DNA of 64,000 bases. Source: an uncultured Veillonellaceae bacterium (GTDB taxonomy: Bacteria > Bacillota > Negativicutes > Selenomonadales > Selenomonadaceae). This document shows, piece after piece, positions 63,716 through 64,000 of the stretch (its first letter is position 1; every line of letters begins with the position of its first letter). Position numbers and translations under genes: made by a program. The stretch spans positions 10,070 through 74,069 of the forward strand of contig CADCIX010000006.1 in NCBI GenBank assembly GCA_902801565.1, given 5' to 3'. Below the pieces are notes generated by a model. That model was given only the letters and a program-made list of their open reading frames with translations, searched no databases and was not told the origin of the DNA.

Positions 63716-64000
63716 ATGCGACTATACTTCGATTGTTGCTGCTACAACAGGCCCTTCGATGACCAATCACAGGATCGCATCCATGACGAGAGCGAAGCCA
63801 TCCTCTCCATCATGAAGCGGTGCTGTGCCAGCAAGGAAGACATTGTTTTGGGCAGCACAGTCCTGACTATGGAGTTTGACAAAATATCCGATAAAGACAA
63901 AAAGGCCAACGTGCTGCATCTTGCAAGGATAATTCGTGAAACCATAATCTACTCCCCGGAGGTTCGACAACGTGCCATGGAATTGGAACAGCTGGATACG
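63716..64000 (+). CDS. Hypothetical protein, possibly PIN-like; 3' end outside the window
   Basis: Manual translation from ATG 63716 gives MRLYFDCCCYNRPFDDQSQDRIHDESEAILSIM... AAAGGAGG lies 8 nt upstream, and TATAAT lies at 63688-63693. Not in the ORF track because it is open at the window end. Confidence 0.45.
   Translation, partial: MRLYFDCCCYNRPFDDQSQDRIHDESEAILSIMKRCCASKEDIVLGSTVLTMEFDKISDKDKKANVLHLARIIRETIIYSPEVRQRAMELEQLDT

Overview
This 64-kb window looks like a chromosomal, mostly housekeeping segment of a Firmicutes-type genome, probably a diderm Negativicutes/Selenomonadaceae-like organism. That placement is an inference from synteny and gene content; GC is in the mid-50s by eye. 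All protein calls rest on motif and architecture recognition in the supplied translations, because no searches could be run.

About 60 protein genes are supported, and almost all lie on the minus strand. Classical Bacillus-type origin-proximal synteny blocks are present:
- rpoE-like/pyrG
- yaaR-holB-yaaT(ricT)-yabB-rsmI-metG-tatD(yabD)...yabE-like
- prfB...ftsE-ftsX-M23-ctpA-type peptidase

Anaerobe metabolism is represented by a DASS transporter with a four-subunit 2-oxoacid:ferredoxin oxidoreductase, the [FeFe]-hydrogenase maturases HydE and HydF, and an AhbC/AhbD-like radical SAM pair. Envelope genes include CsaB, DUF5693, DUF2993 and a BepA-like M48/TPR protease.

Six tRNA genes are present. 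Five form a minus-strand operon (Gly-Gly-CAU-Arg-Tyr). One is a solitary plus-strand tRNA-Arg(ACG), which appears identical in sequence to the operon copy and inverted relative to it.

The least ordinary part is roughly 26.5-39.5 kb:
- The inverted tRNA-Arg pair brackets a two-gene orphan cassette.
- Directly upstream of the tRNA operon sits a tightly packed four-gene cluster: SEC-C protein, DUF4127, M48/TPR protease, and a 1514-aa SF1 helicase fused to a Vsr/DUF559-like nuclease fold.
- That cluster is preceded by five DnaA-box-like sites.

Other items worth a second look:
- a 159-bp imperfect palindrome (MITE-like or 6S-like)
- a low-GC Uma2/DUF4160 islet
- a shared intergenic motif at two loci
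- paralogous secreted proteins that split hydE from hydF
- unusual tails on the RicT and RpoE-like proteins

No CRISPR array, rRNA, transposase, integrase or reverse transcriptase was seen.
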